Notes: generated from the letters alone by a model not told the origin. A stretch of 64,000 nt of DNA from Verrucomicrobiia bacterium (GCA_011525685.1 WYBW01000009.1:8369-72368), one strand, 5' to 3'. Shown: positions 9,521 to 21,200, numbered from the stretch's first letter. Made by a program: numbers and translations.

Positions 9521-12500
9521 ATGCCCGAACTCGATCCATCGGCGGCGACGCGAAATCCCTCTGAGGCCACGTTTCCCTTTCGCCCATTGCCCGGCGAGTC
9601 GCCGCCGTTCCCCGTGCCCGATCACACGCTCCTCCGCCGCGTCGGCAAGGGCGCTTACGGCGAAGTCTGGCTCGCGCGGAACACGCTGGGCACCTGGCGC
9701 GCCGTGAAGTTTGTCCGCCGCAGTTCGTTTGATGACGACAAACCCTTCGAGCGCGAGTTCGCCGGCATCCAACGCTTCGAGCCAATCTCCCGCAGCCACG
9801 AAAGCCAGCTCAACATTCTCCACGTCGGGCGCGCTGAGGACGGGTTCTATTATGTGATGGAACTCGCGGACGACATGAGCGGTGCGCTTCCCGGTAACGC
9901 CGGTTTTCCAACCGGCGAGTTTCAGCCCGGCTGCGCGCAGACTGGAAAATCGGCCTTACAACCCGACACCTACACCCCGCGCAATCTCCGCAGCGAACTC
10001 CACCTCCGGGGCCGCCTGCCCGCCGCCGAATGTCTCCGGATTGGCCTCGCGCTCACCACCGCGCTCGAACACCTCCACAAGCACGGCCTCGTCCACCGCG
10101 ACATCAAGCCCTCGAACATCGTCTTCGTTAATGGGATTCCCAAGCTCGCGGACATCGGCCTCGTGGCGCGCGCGGAAGCCACGATCTCGTTCGTCGGCAC
10201 GGAAGGTTTTCTGCCTCCGGAAGGACCGGGTACACGTCAAGCCGACATCTACAGCCTGGGCAAGGTCCTCTACGAAATCAGCACCGGCCACGACCGGCAG
10301 CAATTCCCCGAACTGCCCACCAACATTGTCGAACTGCCCGACCGCGCCGCACTGTCCGAACTGAACGAAGTCTTTCTGAAAGCCTGCCATCGCGATCCCC
10401 AAGAGCGCTACCAGACGGCGGCGGAGATGCACTCGGACCTTGCACTGCTGCAAAGCGGGCGTTCCGTCGTGCGACTTCGCGGAATCGAACGCAAGCTGCG
10501 TTTTGTCCAGCGCGCCGGGGCGATCGTCACAGCAATCGCCGCCCTGGCTGCCGGTCTGTATTTGTGGCAGGCGCGGCAGACGACAATCGTCCACAACCTC
10601 GCGACCGAGAACCTCACGTTGGCCCAGCGGGCGGAAACCAACGCCACGCTTGCGCTAAAAAATGAAGCGGCAACCCGCGAGAGCCTCTACGCCGCCGACA
10701 TCAACCTCGCCTACCAAGCATTGAAGTCGGACAACCTTCGACTTGCGCGATCACTGCTTCAGAATCACGTGCCCCAGCCGGGCCAGCCGGACCTGCGCGG
10801 CTTCGAGTGGCGCTACCTCTGGGAACAATGCCGGAGTGAAGAACTGTTCAGCATCAAAGTTCACACGAATACTTCTCGCGTCCTGGCGTTCGCTCCCGAT
10901 GGTCAGCGGATTGCGGTGGGCGCGATGAACGGGATTACCAAGGTGCTGGACCTTCAACTCCGACGCACGATTGCGTCGCTTCCGGGCACCAACCCGGTTC
11001 ACTCCCTGTCGTTCTCGCCGGCCGGCGAGCTCCTGGTCATCGGCACCGCAAGCGAAGTTCGCGTGTTGGAGGCCCGCTCTTTCACCGAGTTGCGCCGGCT
11101 GCCGGGCGCGGCTGCTCCGGCCTTCTTCTCTCCCGAAGGGAGGTTTCTCCTGATTGGAAAGCTGCTGCCGCCCGACGGGCGGCAAGATCCGTCGCAGGCA
11201 GAGCAGACGTTGATGGTCTGGGATGTCACAAACTGGTCGGTAACTCGCTCGACGACTTTCCCAGCGTCAGGTCCGTCCAGTATTGCACGCGACTTGTATC
11301 TACAGCTTGCCTTCGGTACCGATCCCAGCCGGCTGGCCGTGCTGGTGGGCGATACCATCCGGTTGCTTCGGTTTGCCGATTTGAGTGAGCTCGCCGTCTT
11401 GCCCGACAAGATTCCTATCAAACAGTATTCCCGACCGTTTATCGCCCTGTCGTCGGACAACCGGACGCTGGCGATTCCCGGACAACAAGGATTCGAGGTT
11501 CGGCTTTGGGATCTCAACGAGATGAAGGAGCTCAAGGTCTTGACAGGCCACACCGACATGGTCATCGCGGCGGCGTTTTCGCCGGACGGCACGATGTTGG
11601 CCACTTGCAGCCCCGATCAGACGACCAGGCTATGGGAAGTGGCGACGGGGGAACTGCTCAATACGTTTCGCGGTCAAGCAGACGAGGTATTCGATGTGGC
11701 CTTCTCCTCTGAGGGGAAACTGCTGGCTTCGCTCGGGTGTTATGATGCGGTGGTCAAGTTGTGGGATCCGACGCGAAGGCCTCGCCGTGAATCCTTCCGC
11801 GATTCGCTGATCCCTGTGGGTTTTGAAGCAGACGGTGGGTTACTCGCCTTCCGTCAGCCGGAATGGGATGCCGTCGCGGTTGATCCCGCCATCTTCCAAG
11901 TATCGCCAGTGGGAGTCCCGAAGTTGCGGAAGGAAGCGTCGTACGGCTTGTTTCTCAACAGCGTTTCATCGGACGGGCGATTTCAAACAGTTTGGGGGCG
12001 TGACCAAGACGCGGATGCGGACTTCGTCGAGGTCTGGGACCGGCGCGAAGCCAGGCGTCTCTGCGCGCTGCCGGCCACTTCGCCAAGGGTTTCGTTTGCC
12101 CCGACGCGCAAGCTCATTGCCACCTTCACCACCAACCAACTCGGTGAATTATCGAGCGCTATCTGGCAGTTGCCAGCCGGTACCTGCAAGTGGATGTTCA
12201 CAAACATTGTGAAAATTGCCCCTGATGAAGCGCAGCTCTTCACGCGTACGGTTGGCGGTGAACTCCGTCTCTGGAAGATTGACCGGGACACGGTGACTCC
12301 GGCTCTGAGGATGTCAGGGGCCTTCGGCGATGCCGTCTTTTCGCCGGACGGACGATTGCTTGCTGCCTTTGACCCAAGTGGTGACATCCAAATCCGCTCT
12401 CTTCCCACGGGTGAGGTGCTCGGCGTGCTCAAGGGGCATACCCGAAAAGGGACTCGCCTTGCCTTTAGTCCCGACGGGCGGACTCTGGCCAGCATCTGTG

Positions 12501-12934
12501 ACGACCGCACGATCCGGCTCTGGCACATTGCCACCCGGCGGGAACTGTTGCAGTTCCAATCACCGGATGAGGATCAAGGCCCGTTCTGCCTCGAATTCTC
12601 TCCCGATGGCCGCGCATTGGCCGCCACACGTCAGGACGATGAAGGTCCGCTCGCCTGGCTGTATTTTGCGCCCTCGCTCGCCGAGATCGCCGTCGCGGAA
12701 GGCGGGGATTACCGGGCTGCGGCTGGGGACAATCCGACTACCTGGCTCGCGGTCGCGAAAGCCCTCGTTCGAAAGGAACGCTGGCAGGAGGCCAGGCAGG
12801 CATTTGACGAAGTCCTCAATCGCACGGCGAATCGCGACGACCTCGCCTGGCTCCGCACCAACGCGCTGCGACAGCGCGTCGAGTTGGTCAAGCAGTTGAG
12901 CGCGAGCGGAGACTACCCTCCCTTTTCGCGCTGA
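9521..12934 (+). CDS. Ser/Thr protein kinase with TM segment, WD40 propellers and C-terminal TPR-like helix
   Basis: GKGAYGEV, AVK, HRDIKPSN, DIG, GT.G and DIYSLG kinase motifs; many GH...FSPDG...LW WD40 repeats. Confidence 0.93.
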   Translation: MPELDPSAATRNPSEATFPFRPLPGESPPFPVPDHTLLRRVGKGAYGEVWLARNTLGTWRAVKFVRRSSFDDDKPFEREFAGIQRFEPISRSHESQLNILHVGRAEDGFYYVMELADDMSGALPGNAGFPTGEFQPGCAQTGKSALQPDTYTPRNLRSELHLRGRLPAAECLRIGLALTTALEHLHKHGLVHRDIKPSNIVFVNGIPKLADIGLVARAEATISFVGTEGFLPPEGPGTRQADIYSLGKVLYEISTGHDRQQFPELPTNIVELPDRAALSELNEVFLKACHRDPQERYQTAAEMHSDLALLQSGRSVVRLRGIERKLRFVQRAGAIVTAIAALAAGLYLWQARQTTIVHNLATENLTLAQRAETNATLALKNEAATRESLYAADINLAYQALKSDNLRLARSLLQNHVPQPGQPDLRGFEWRYLWEQCRSEELFSIKVHTNTSRVLAFAPDGQRIAVGAMNGITKVLDLQLRRTIASLPGTNPVHSLSFSPAGELLVIGTASEVRVLEARSFTELRRLPGAAAPAFFSPEGRFLLIGKLLPPDGRQDPSQAEQTLMVWDVTNWSVTRSTTFPASGPSSIARDLYLQLAFGTDPSRLAVLVGDTIRLLRFADLSELAVLPDKIPIKQYSRPFIALSSDNRTLAIPGQQGFEVRLWDLNEMKELKVLTGHTDMVIAAAFSPDGTMLATCSPDQTTRLWEVATGELLNTFRGQADEVFDVAFSSEGKLLASLGCYDAVVKLWDPTRRPRRESFRDSLIPVGFEADGGLLAFRQPEWDAVAVDPAIFQVSPVGVPKLRKEASYGLFLNSVSSDGRFQTVWGRDQDADADFVEVWDRREARRLCALPATSPRVSFAPTRKLIATFTTNQLGELSSAIWQLPAGTCKWMFTNIVKIAPDEAQLFTRTVGGELRLWKIDRDTVTPALRMSGAFGDAVFSPDGRLLAAFDPSGDIQIRSLPTGEVLGVLKGHTRKGTRLAFSPDGRTLASICDDRTIRLWHIATRRELLQFQSPDEDQGPFCLEFSPDGRALAATRQDDEGPLAWLYFAPSLAEIAVAEGGDYRAAAGDNPTTWLAVAKALVRKERWQEARQAFDEVLNRTANRDDLAWLRTNALRQRVELVKQLSASGDYPPFSR
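9894..9959. repeat. REP-like doublet inserted in-frame in the kinase domain
   Basis: GTAACGCCGGTTTTCCAACCGGC...GCAGACTGGAAAATCGGCCTTAC, 66 bp, matches the intergenic copies at 9427 and 12942. Confidence 0.75.
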
Positions 12935-12941
12935 CCATGGA

Positions 12942-13027
12942 GTAACGCCGGCTTTCCAGCCAGCGAGTCGCGCTTGGGTGTTTTCGCGCAATACCGGAGA
13001 ACTCGCCGACTGGAAAGTCGGCGTTAC
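12942..13027. repeat. GTAA REP-like doublet
   Basis: GTAACGCCGGCTTTCCAGCCAGCGAGT ... ACTCGCCGACTGGAAAGTCGGCGTTAC. Confidence 0.8.
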
Positions 13028-13132
13028 GGGTTGCCTCCACTTTTCCTGAAAGATTCCCAAGCCGCATGCGAATACATCCTCATGACCACAGCCAACATGA
13101 CGAAACTGATCAGCTTCAAACCACTTCACCCC

Positions 13133-14494
13133 ATGAAACGAATCATCCATTACTTCATCCTGACTCTTGCCGTCGGCGCATCGTGCCTCACCGCCCGCTC
13201 CAATGATTTGGAAGAACGCCGCCCGTTGTGGCGAACCGTGGCCAAGTATGAATCGGAGCGGCCTGTTTCCGTGGATGCGCTCGCCGCTGATGCCGATGGG
13301 AATCTATACGCCGCCATCTCAACTTCGGACAACGAGGGGCGGATTCATGCCGTCGTTCGGAGGAGTTCCGACCGCGGAATCACCTGGAGCGTGGTCGAGG
13401 ATTTTATACCCGGCGCTTCGGGTTACGCCCGCATTTTGAGTTTGGGGTCGGACGCGGCGGGCCACCTCTACGCGGCGGGTTATGTTTCCGACGAGCAGGA
13501 TCACCTCCGCTGGATCGTGCGCAAGCGTGATGCTGGAGGAACCGCCTGGACCACAGTGGATGATTTCACTTTAGCGGGCAGCCAGAGAACGGCGGCGCAA
13601 TCGCTCTCGGTGAATGCCGACGGAACTGTCTATGTGGCGGGTTACGGCGACGAGCCTCCGGGCTCCGGCTCATTGCACACTCGCACGCACTGGCTGGTCC
13701 GATGCAGTCGCGATGGCGGCAAGAGCTGGTCCACAGTCGAGGATTTCCGCCATGAATTCAGCGCCCGAGCGACGGCGATCTTGAGCACCCCGCAGGGATT
13801 GTTTGTCGGCGGCTCCGGCTGGAACGAGGGCAAAGCAACTGGCGAAACCTGGCTCGTGCGCAACGGCACATTGGAGGAAACCGGCTCGCTCCGGTGGCGG
13901 ACTGTGGACGCGTTCCAAATGGAAGACGGCAAGCAAGGGCATGTCTCGCGCGTGCAATCTTTGGGAATGGACCGACAGGGCAACTTATACGCGGCAGGAC
14001 GCAGCCACGCATGGGTGGAGGAACGGAGCAGCGCACACTGGGTGGTGCGCCGGGCTTCACGCGCGGGCTTGGATTGGGCCGTGGTGGACACCTTTCAACA
14101 CCATCCAGGTTATTTTGCCGCAGCCCAAGGGGTGGCAGCGGGCAGTGATGGGGGCGTCTTCATTGTCGGACAGGCCGGGCACAGCGACGGCGGTATCAAC
14201 TGGATTGTCCGGCAAAGTTCGACTGGCATGGCAGGAACCTGGAAACTCAGCGACGACTTCCGCATGGAGGCGGTGACGTTTTCAACCGACCAATTCGCCG
14301 AGGAGAGCCAGGGGCAGGCCAGCCAGACTGTGATGTCCAATTCGCCGGGAGAGTATTCCAAAGGTTTGGCCATCCTGATGGCCGCGGAATCGCTCTACAC
14401 GGGTGGTTCAGTCTGGGCCGGCTCGGGACATGCCGTCCTGCGAACGTGTGAGCTTGGTCAAGCTGGCGAATTGAAGTCGGCCCGCCGTCGTTGA
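13133..14494 (+). CDS. Secreted beta-propeller-like repeat protein
   Basis: Signal peptide (MKRIIHYFILTLAVGA...) and about six repeats of 'G.LY.AG...W.VR.S..GG..W..VD.F'. Confidence 0.75.
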   Translation: MKRIIHYFILTLAVGASCLTARSNDLEERRPLWRTVAKYESERPVSVDALAADADGNLYAAISTSDNEGRIHAVVRRSSDRGITWSVVEDFIPGASGYARILSLGSDAAGHLYAAGYVSDEQDHLRWIVRKRDAGGTAWTTVDDFTLAGSQRTAAQSLSVNADGTVYVAGYGDEPPGSGSLHTRTHWLVRCSRDGGKSWSTVEDFRHEFSARATAILSTPQGLFVGGSGWNEGKATGETWLVRNGTLEETGSLRWRTVDAFQMEDGKQGHVSRVQSLGMDRQGNLYAAGRSHAWVEERSSAHWVVRRASRAGLDWAVVDTFQHHPGYFAAAQGVAAGSDGGVFIVGQAGHSDGGINWIVRQSSTGMAGTWKLSDDFRMEAVTFSTDQFAEESQGQASQTVMSNSPGEYSKGLAILMAAESLYTGGSVWAGSGHAVLRTCELGQAGELKSARRR

Positions 14495-14545
14495 TGTGGC
14501 CGCCGCCGTCTGTCTTTGACCAAACCCACCGATCAGACGGGACTC

Positions 14546-15844
14546 TTACTTCAACCCGACCAGGTAGCCGAAGCGGGCGCGGAATTGGTCCGGGGTCATG
14601 GCCACGACCGCCGCGAGCTTGTCGAGCTGGGTCACGTCCTGGAAGTCCGCCGGCTCCAGCCGGATCATGTAGTGGCAGGCACATTCGTAGGATTCGCCCT
14701 CCACGTTGACCTTGCGCACCTGGAAGCGGCCGGTTTCCGGGTTGAGCATTTTCTCGAATTGCAGCGGCACCATTTTTCCGTTCTCGAAGCTGATGACGGC
14801 CCCGTACTTGCCAGCCTCGGGGGACAACAGAAACTTCACCGCCCCGTAGCCCAGGTCGCGCGTGTATTCGGCATCGAACGGAATCGGATCGGCGCAGCGC
14901 AGTTCATAGCCGAGGTCCTTGTCAATGAGCGTCATTTTCAAACCGAGCTCTTCAAGCCGTTGCGTGACCACATCTTTCATCAGGCGGCCGAACTCAATTT
15001 CGCCCAGCCGCAGATGGCCGTGGTCGTCGCGGACAATCTTGCCATACCGTTCGAGGTTCTCGCCGGGCACGGCGCTCACCAGGCCCTTCTCGCCCATGGA
15101 TTCGATCAAGCCCTCGGCCAGCACCGCGACGCCGTAGTGCGAGCCGTAGGCGCGTCGCTTGATGATGGCGCCGATGATGATGTCGGCCACGCCCTCGGCG
15201 GTGACGGGTTTGCCGCGAAATTCCTCGGGGATGATGGTCAGAGCCGCGGCGGCCGCCTTGCCGATGCCGAGCGCCAGGTGGCCCGCCGCGCGACCCATGC
15301 TGATGATGATGTACCAGCGGGAGGTGGTGCGGGCGTCCTCGGCCAGGTTGCGGAGAATATGCACGCCGTAATGCCTGGCCGTTTCGAAACCGAACGTGGG
15401 CGTGGCGCCGGGCAGCGGCAGGTCGTTGTCAATGGTCTTGGGCACGTGCGCGACGCGGATGGCGCCGGCGCCCTTGCGATAGACGTGGCTGGCCGAAAAG
15501 GCGGTGTCGTCGCCGCCGATGGTCACCAGCGCGGTGACGCCCAGCTTCTGCAGCACGTCCAGCACGTTGTGCATGCTGGTTTCGGACTTGGCCGGATTCG
15601 TCCGGGCCGTACCCAGGATCGAACCGCCGCGCAGGTGGATGCGCTTTACGTCGTCAATTGTGAGCTTGGTGTAACGCTGCTGATCGCCGGCGGCGAGCCA
15701 CTTGAAGCCGTCGCGAAAGCCCAGCACTTCGTAACCCTGATTGATGCCCTCGATGGTGGCCGCCGCGATCACGCCGTTGATGCCCGGCGCCGGTCCGCCC
15801 CCGACTAATATTCCCAGTTTCCCTCGTTTCATTGCATTTGCCAT
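14546..15844 (-). CDS. pfp: Pyrophosphate-dependent phosphofructokinase
   Basis: GGGPAPGIN, GGDD (Asp typical of PPi use), PKTIDND, MGR and LGYELR motifs. Confidence 0.9.
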   Translation of the reverse strand: MANAMKRGKLGILVGGGPAPGINGVIAAATIEGINQGYEVLGFRDGFKWLAAGDQQRYTKLTIDDVKRIHLRGGSILGTARTNPAKSETSMHNVLDVLQKLGVTALVTIGGDDTAFSASHVYRKGAGAIRVAHVPKTIDNDLPLPGATPTFGFETARHYGVHILRNLAEDARTTSRWYIIISMGRAAGHLALGIGKAAAAALTIIPEEFRGKPVTAEGVADIIIGAIIKRRAYGSHYGVAVLAEGLIESMGEKGLVSAVPGENLERYGKIVRDDHGHLRLGEIEFGRLMKDVVTQRLEELGLKMTLIDKDLGYELRCADPIPFDAEYTRDLGYGAVKFLLSPEAGKYGAVISFENGKMVPLQFEKMLNPETGRFQVRKVNVEGESYECACHYMIRLEPADFQDVTQLDKLAAVVAMTPDQFRARFGYLVGLK

Positions 15845-15978
15845 AGTTCAAACCAAGTTCAGTTTCATTGCGTGGACGCGCGCCCGTTTTTCCAGCCGGA
15901 GAACGACCACACCCAAGGACGCAGTCTGGCCAAAAGGGGACGAAAGGTCAAAGCCCGTTTGAGCGGGAAAACGGCCTG

Positions 15979-16191
15979 GGGCGTATCTCAGTTTATTGCA
16001 GGCAGGCATTGCTGGCGTAGCGCAGGTTTCCCAACCTGCGGTATCGCCGACTTCCAGTCGGCGGGCCCAGGCACGGCGTGGCAGGCCAGAAATTCGCGGC
16101 GTTTGCGGATTGGAAATCCGCGACCCGGCAGACTGGAAGTCTGCGCTACGGCATCGCCTCGGGGCCCCCTGCAAGAAAATGAGATGCGCCC
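15979..16191. mobile_element. 213-bp MITE with 24-bp terminal inverted repeats and 9-bp target-site duplication, containing a GTAG REP doublet
   Basis: GGGCGTATCTCAGTTTATTGCAGG / CCTGCAAGAAAATGAGATGCGCCC (21/24 complementary); perfect AACGGCCTG at 15970-15978 and 16192-16200; internal GTAGCGCAG...CTGCGCTAC at 16017-16149. Confidence 0.85.
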
Positions 16192-16327
16192 AACGGCCTG
16201 GGGCGTTGGTTGGAACGGCGAACCAGTCCACCCTATCAGCCAGGTGGTGGGACAGGCAACCTGCCTTTCCTGTGGGCTGTGGACAGGCTGGCAGCGATGG
16301 CAACGATCCCCGCCCCAATCTCGAAAG

Positions 16328-17323
16328 CTATTTGCCCAACAACTCCGCCACCAACGCCCGCTCTTCCTTGAGTTCGTTCTCGGTGATGGCGATTTTGCCG
16401 CGGCTGAATTCATTGAGCGGCACGCCCTGAACGATCTCCCATGACTTTCCGTTGCTGCGGATGGGGTAGCTGAACAACAAACCCTTCTCAATGCCGTAGC
16501 TGCCGTCCGAGCAGATGGCCACGCTGTTCCAATCGCCGGCGGGCGTGGGGTTGACGAGCGAGCGCACCGTGTCAATGGCGGCGTTGGCCGCGCTGGCCGC
16601 GCTGGAGGCTCCGCGCGCCTTGATGATGGCCGCACCGCGCTGCTGCACGGTCGTGATGAAATCCTTCTCCAGCCATTCGGTGTGCTTGATGATGTCGGTC
16701 ACCGGTCGGGTGCCGATCCTCGCGTTGAAGAAATCGGGGAACATCGTTGAACTGTGATTGCCCCAGATGGCCAGATTGGTCACCGCCGTGATGTCCACGC
16801 TGGCTTTCTTCGCGAGTTGCGCCTTGGCCCGGTTCTCGTCGAGGCGCGTCATGGCGAAGAACCGGTCGCGCGGGACGTTGGGGGCGTTGTTCATGCAAAT
16901 CAGGGCGTTGGTGTTGCAAGGATTGCCGACGACGAGCACACGGACGTCACTGGCGGCGTGTTGCTGGATGGCCTTGCCTTGGCCGACGAAAATCCTGCCA
17001 TTCGCCCCGAGCAGGTCCTTGCGTTCCATGCCCGCCTTGCGCGGCGCGGCGCCGACCAGCAGACACCAGTTCACCCCCTTGAAGCCTTCGTCGAGATTGC
17101 CCGTGGCCACGATGCCCTTGAGCAACGGGAAGGCGCAGTCCTCGATCTCCATCACCGTGCCCTTGAGCTTCTCGAGAATTTCCGGCACGTCCACTTCGAT
17201 CAGATGCAGGATGACCGGTTGGTTGGGGCCGAAAACCTCACCGGAGGCGATGCGGAACAACAGGGAATAGCCGATCTGGCCGGCGGCACCGGTAACGGCG
17301 ACACGAATGGGGTTTGCGCTCAT
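16328..17323 (-). CDS. mdh: Malate dehydrogenase (type 2)
   Basis: [39 protein letters not shown] and WGNHS motifs. Confidence 0.97.
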   Translation of the reverse strand: MSANPIRVAVTGAAGQIGYSLLFRIASGEVFGPNQPVILHLIEVDVPEILEKLKGTVMEIEDCAFPLLKGIVATGNLDEGFKGVNWCLLVGAAPRKAGMERKDLLGANGRIFVGQGKAIQQHAASDVRVLVVGNPCNTNALICMNNAPNVPRDRFFAMTRLDENRAKAQLAKKASVDITAVTNLAIWGNHSSTMFPDFFNARIGTRPVTDIIKHTEWLEKDFITTVQQRGAAIIKARGASSAASAANAAIDTVRSLVNPTPAGDWNSVAICSDGSYGIEKGLLFSYPIRSNGKSWEIVQGVPLNEFSRGKIAITENELKEERALVAELLGK

Positions 17324-17691
17324 GGTATCTTGAATCGTTGAATTCTCAGTTCGTCAAGTCGGCGAGACAATAGAAGGAAGGACGACTCAAGTCACGTCCA
17401 GACTTGAGCGGCGATTCCCTCAACCGCTCACAACCCAATCGGATGCCACGCCTTGGTGAACGCGCCATCACGAATTGAACGCAACGCGTGCCGCCAAGCA
17501 AACCCAGAAAAGACTGAGAAAACGCGCGAGAGATGATGGCAGGAGTTTTACGCGAATGGTTGTATCGGTTAACGCTGAGTTGCTGCTCTCTATCAGGGGA
17601 CGAGTGCGGCAAGAAACACTTGCGCACACAATGCTCGGCGCGTCCCCGGCATTGGGAGCAGACAACGGTGTGTTGATCTGCGCGTTCATCT

Positions 17692-18255
17692 CTACGCCCT
17701 TCGCTCCCGAATACTCGCCAGAATGTCCGCCACGACCTCCCCCTTCGGCTTCGCGCCTTGCGGGCCGCCGTGGTGCAGGCGCACGGAAACGTTGCCGGCT
17801 TCCATGTCCTTCGGGCCAATGACCAGCATCGTGTGGACGCGCAGTTGTTCCGCGTTGGCAATCTTCGCCTTGAACGGCGTGGCGCTGAAATCTGAATCCA
17901 CGCGCACCATGTTCGCGCGCAGTTCGGCCACGATGGGCTGGGCGTAGTTGATCAACGCCTCGTCGTCGTTGAGCGTGATGACGCGCACCTGATCCGGCGC
18001 GAGCCAGAGCGGGAAGTTGCCCGCGTAATGCTCGATGAGGAAGCCGATGAAACGCTCGTGCGTGCCCAGCGGCGCGCGATGGATGCACAACGGCGTCTTG
18101 TTCGAGTTGTCCTTGTCGCGGTAGGTCAGGCCGAACTTGGCGGGCACGGCGAAGTCCACCTGGTTCGTGGCGATGGTGAATTCGCGGCCGATGGCGCTCC
18201 ACACCTGCACGTCAATCTTCGGCCCGTAGAACGCCGCCTCGCTGGCGACCTCCAC
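17692..18255 (-). pseudogene. thrS: Duplicated 3' fragment of thrS (end of catalytic domain with motif 3 plus anticodon-binding domain), 187 codons open
   Basis: 17696-18255 is a direct repeat of 22762-23321 with about 17 mismatches in 560 bp (manual count). Contains AAFYGPKID and HRAPLGTHERF. Confidence 0.9.
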
Positions 18256-18263
18256 TTCTTACA

Positions 18264-21200
18264 TTACTGCACAAACAATTGGTAAAAGCGTTTCGCCTGC
18301 GGCGCGGTGCTTGGATCCTTCCAAACCGCAAGGCCGTCGGAGTCGAAGCTGAAGTCCTCAATTGGCGTATCAGTCCAGTTCAATAAATCCTCCGACGTGC
18401 TCATGTAATAGGAACGATTTGGCAAATATGGAAAATGGATGGTGACCCCACCTTGTCCAAGCATCTGCATGTGGACAAACAGACAACTGGAAGGATCATT
18501 CGGATCAGTTCCGAGAAGAAATTCATTGCGATTGCTCAGGCCATCTCCGTCCCAATCTCCATCGAGGTCGTTTGGCCCCGTGCCGGGCAAGAGCGGACTG
18601 ATGCCGAAGTGCTGCGTCGCCCAAGCGTCTTGGATTCCATCTCCATCCAAATCTTCCGATTGAAAGTCCGTCGCGATGATGGACGTGCCGGTGTTGTCTA
18701 TGCGGAATGATGCCAGGCGATCACTGGTAAGGAGACGCTGGCCAAAGACGACATTCGAAAAAGTGGATGCGATGCTCCCACATTGAATTAGAACGAAGCT
18801 TTGTGAATTGGAGACAGCCACGCCTGGATCGATGGAAATTCGCAGATTCCCAGCCAACGAAATGCTCCCGGTGACGGTGAGGGAACTGTTTTGCGGAGAG
18901 CCCGGCGCACCGGCAATGGAGAGGGCGAGTTCGGACGTGGGATCGAACACAAGATTGCTCTGAATCGTGATCGTCGAAGGCCGAAATACCCCGCGGTTGG
19001 TAACCGGCCCGATGATGACCCCGCTCCCGATCAATCTTGCGTAGCGGCGGACTTCAAGCCCGCTACGACAGATGTTCGTGCCGCCAAGCAGCTTTAAGGT
19101 GGCAAGGTTTGTCCCATCCCCAATCCGGAGGGGAATACCGGTGGACAGGTCGCAGGCTGCCCATTCAGCATTGCCCGCGCGGATATTGAGGGCGGAGGTG
19201 GCGGCACTACCAGCGGTCACCTTGTCGGCGCGGAGCAATCCATTATTCAGATCAAGTGGCCCGTTCACGGTCAGGTTGGCAGTGCCAGCACTGTTGGTCA
19301 CAAACAGTTGTCCGGATTGGATCGTCAACGCGGCCCGACCGAAGGTTGAGCTGCTCAACGACAAAGACGGAGATACAATTGAAGCCTTGCTGCTGACAAC
19401 GACACGATTGGTAGCAAACGAAGAGAACGCTGCGCTGATGGTCAAGCCGCCGGTCAGCTTCCACAAGCTGCCTTCGCCAGAAATGTCTGCCGTTGAGCCC
19501 GAGAATGCATTCAAGACTCCATTGCTGGTGAAAAGATTTGCGCCGCTGGAAACTAGTAACCGGGACCGCGAACCCGACAGGACGATTTGAGTTGAACAAT
19601 TCGCAACCGCGCTAACGCCTGCCAATGAGACGAGGGCACTCGATCCGCTGGCTAGGATTTGCGAACCAGAGAAGACACCCCCGGTTTGGACGAGAAACTG
19701 ATTTTGGCTGCCGGCCACGGTCAGACCATTTGTGGCCATGCAGCTTGCGCCCGCGCCATTCAACAACAGGCGATTGTTGTTGCCGCTGCTTCCACCGATG
19801 GTGGCCGAACTGGCGAGCAGCTTGCCGCCATATTCCACGAGCAGTTGGTTTTGTGAACCGCCCGCCCCGACCGAGATGGCATTGGGAGTCAACCAGGTTG
19901 AGCCGCTTCCGGATACCGTGGCGCTGGCGTTCGAGCTTGCCGAATCAAACCCCACGTGGCTCGTGCCGCCCGTATCGTCGCGGAACAATCCTCCCTGCTC
20001 CACCCGAAACCCTCCGGAAGTCAGAGTCACCGACGCTGAAGAATCTGCCATGAACATGCCGCCACCCTGACCGATCACGAGCTGCTGACTCTGCCAACCA
20101 CTCCCCGTCCCCATCCGAAGTCGCTCATACCCTCCCGATCCGGCCGCAAAGGTCTGGGAAACGACCGGTGCGTTTGTGGACCGTATCAACTCCAGCCCCA
20201 GCGCACCCGCAAGTCCCGCTGGCGGCGTTACTGGTGCGGTTGGCGTGTCGAGATAGGTCACCCAGCCGTCTTGAAACATTATGATCCCGCTTGGCACGGT
20301 GCCGTCGTTGTTGGGAATGATTCCGCCGCCCGCAATGACAAGTTTTCCGCCGTCTGATGTGATGGAACTTGCCTGAACCGAAATGCCAGCGGGCACGACA
20401 ATATCCGTCGCCGGTAAATGAAGCCCGCCGGTGAACAGAAGGAAACCCTGCGAGCCCTGGAAACTGGACGTCTCGGACAAAGCAACCGGGCCGACGAATC
20501 GCAGAGTGCTGTTGCTGAGGATGATGTGGCCGCGATTTGTAAGCGTGCCGGTGATGGTGCCGTCGGTATTCGTCGCTGCCAAAGCCGAATTGGTTTCAAT
20601 CAAGATTCCCCCGGCCTGTATCGCCGAAGTGCCTCCATTAAGAATCAACCCTGACCACGTTGAAGCATCGTTTCCACGGAATACCAAGGACGCCACCGAC
20701 GCATTGGTGGCCTGGATCAACTGTAGAAAGGTTGAGCCGGAACGCTGAATCCGCCCCAAGTAATTCGGATTGCTTAAATCCAATTCAGCAGCGGTGGCGT
20801 TCCGAAAGGAAATCGTCGTGTCTGTGGTGGCGATGGCATTGCTGGTTATGCTTGGTGTTCCTGAAGCGAATTCCAAGGTTGCTCCATTCACCAAAACCGT
20901 TGACGCGGGGGCCGTGCAATTGCTCGTTTGGAGTGTCGCTGCGTTACTCACCACGAGCGCTCCGCCTGTGCCAACGACGAGGTTCGGGGTAAGAAAACGG
21001 GAAGCAGGTCCGCTTAGAATCAGCAAACCCGAACTCCCCGGCAAAGCGCTTATGCTCGCAGCATCAGCCTGGACCAAACCGCTGTTGACGCGAAGCGTTC
21101 CGCTTCCGGCACCGCCAACAACGAGCGTTGCTGTTTGTGAAGCATTTGTCACAAACGCCCGCCCGCCGGTCATCGTCACATTGCCGACGTCCCCGGCGAA

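Noticed and set aside
17346-17690. Small ORF between the thrS duplicate and mdh
   Set aside because: No recognisable motif in any frame; possibly a decayed fragment, not supportable as a gene.
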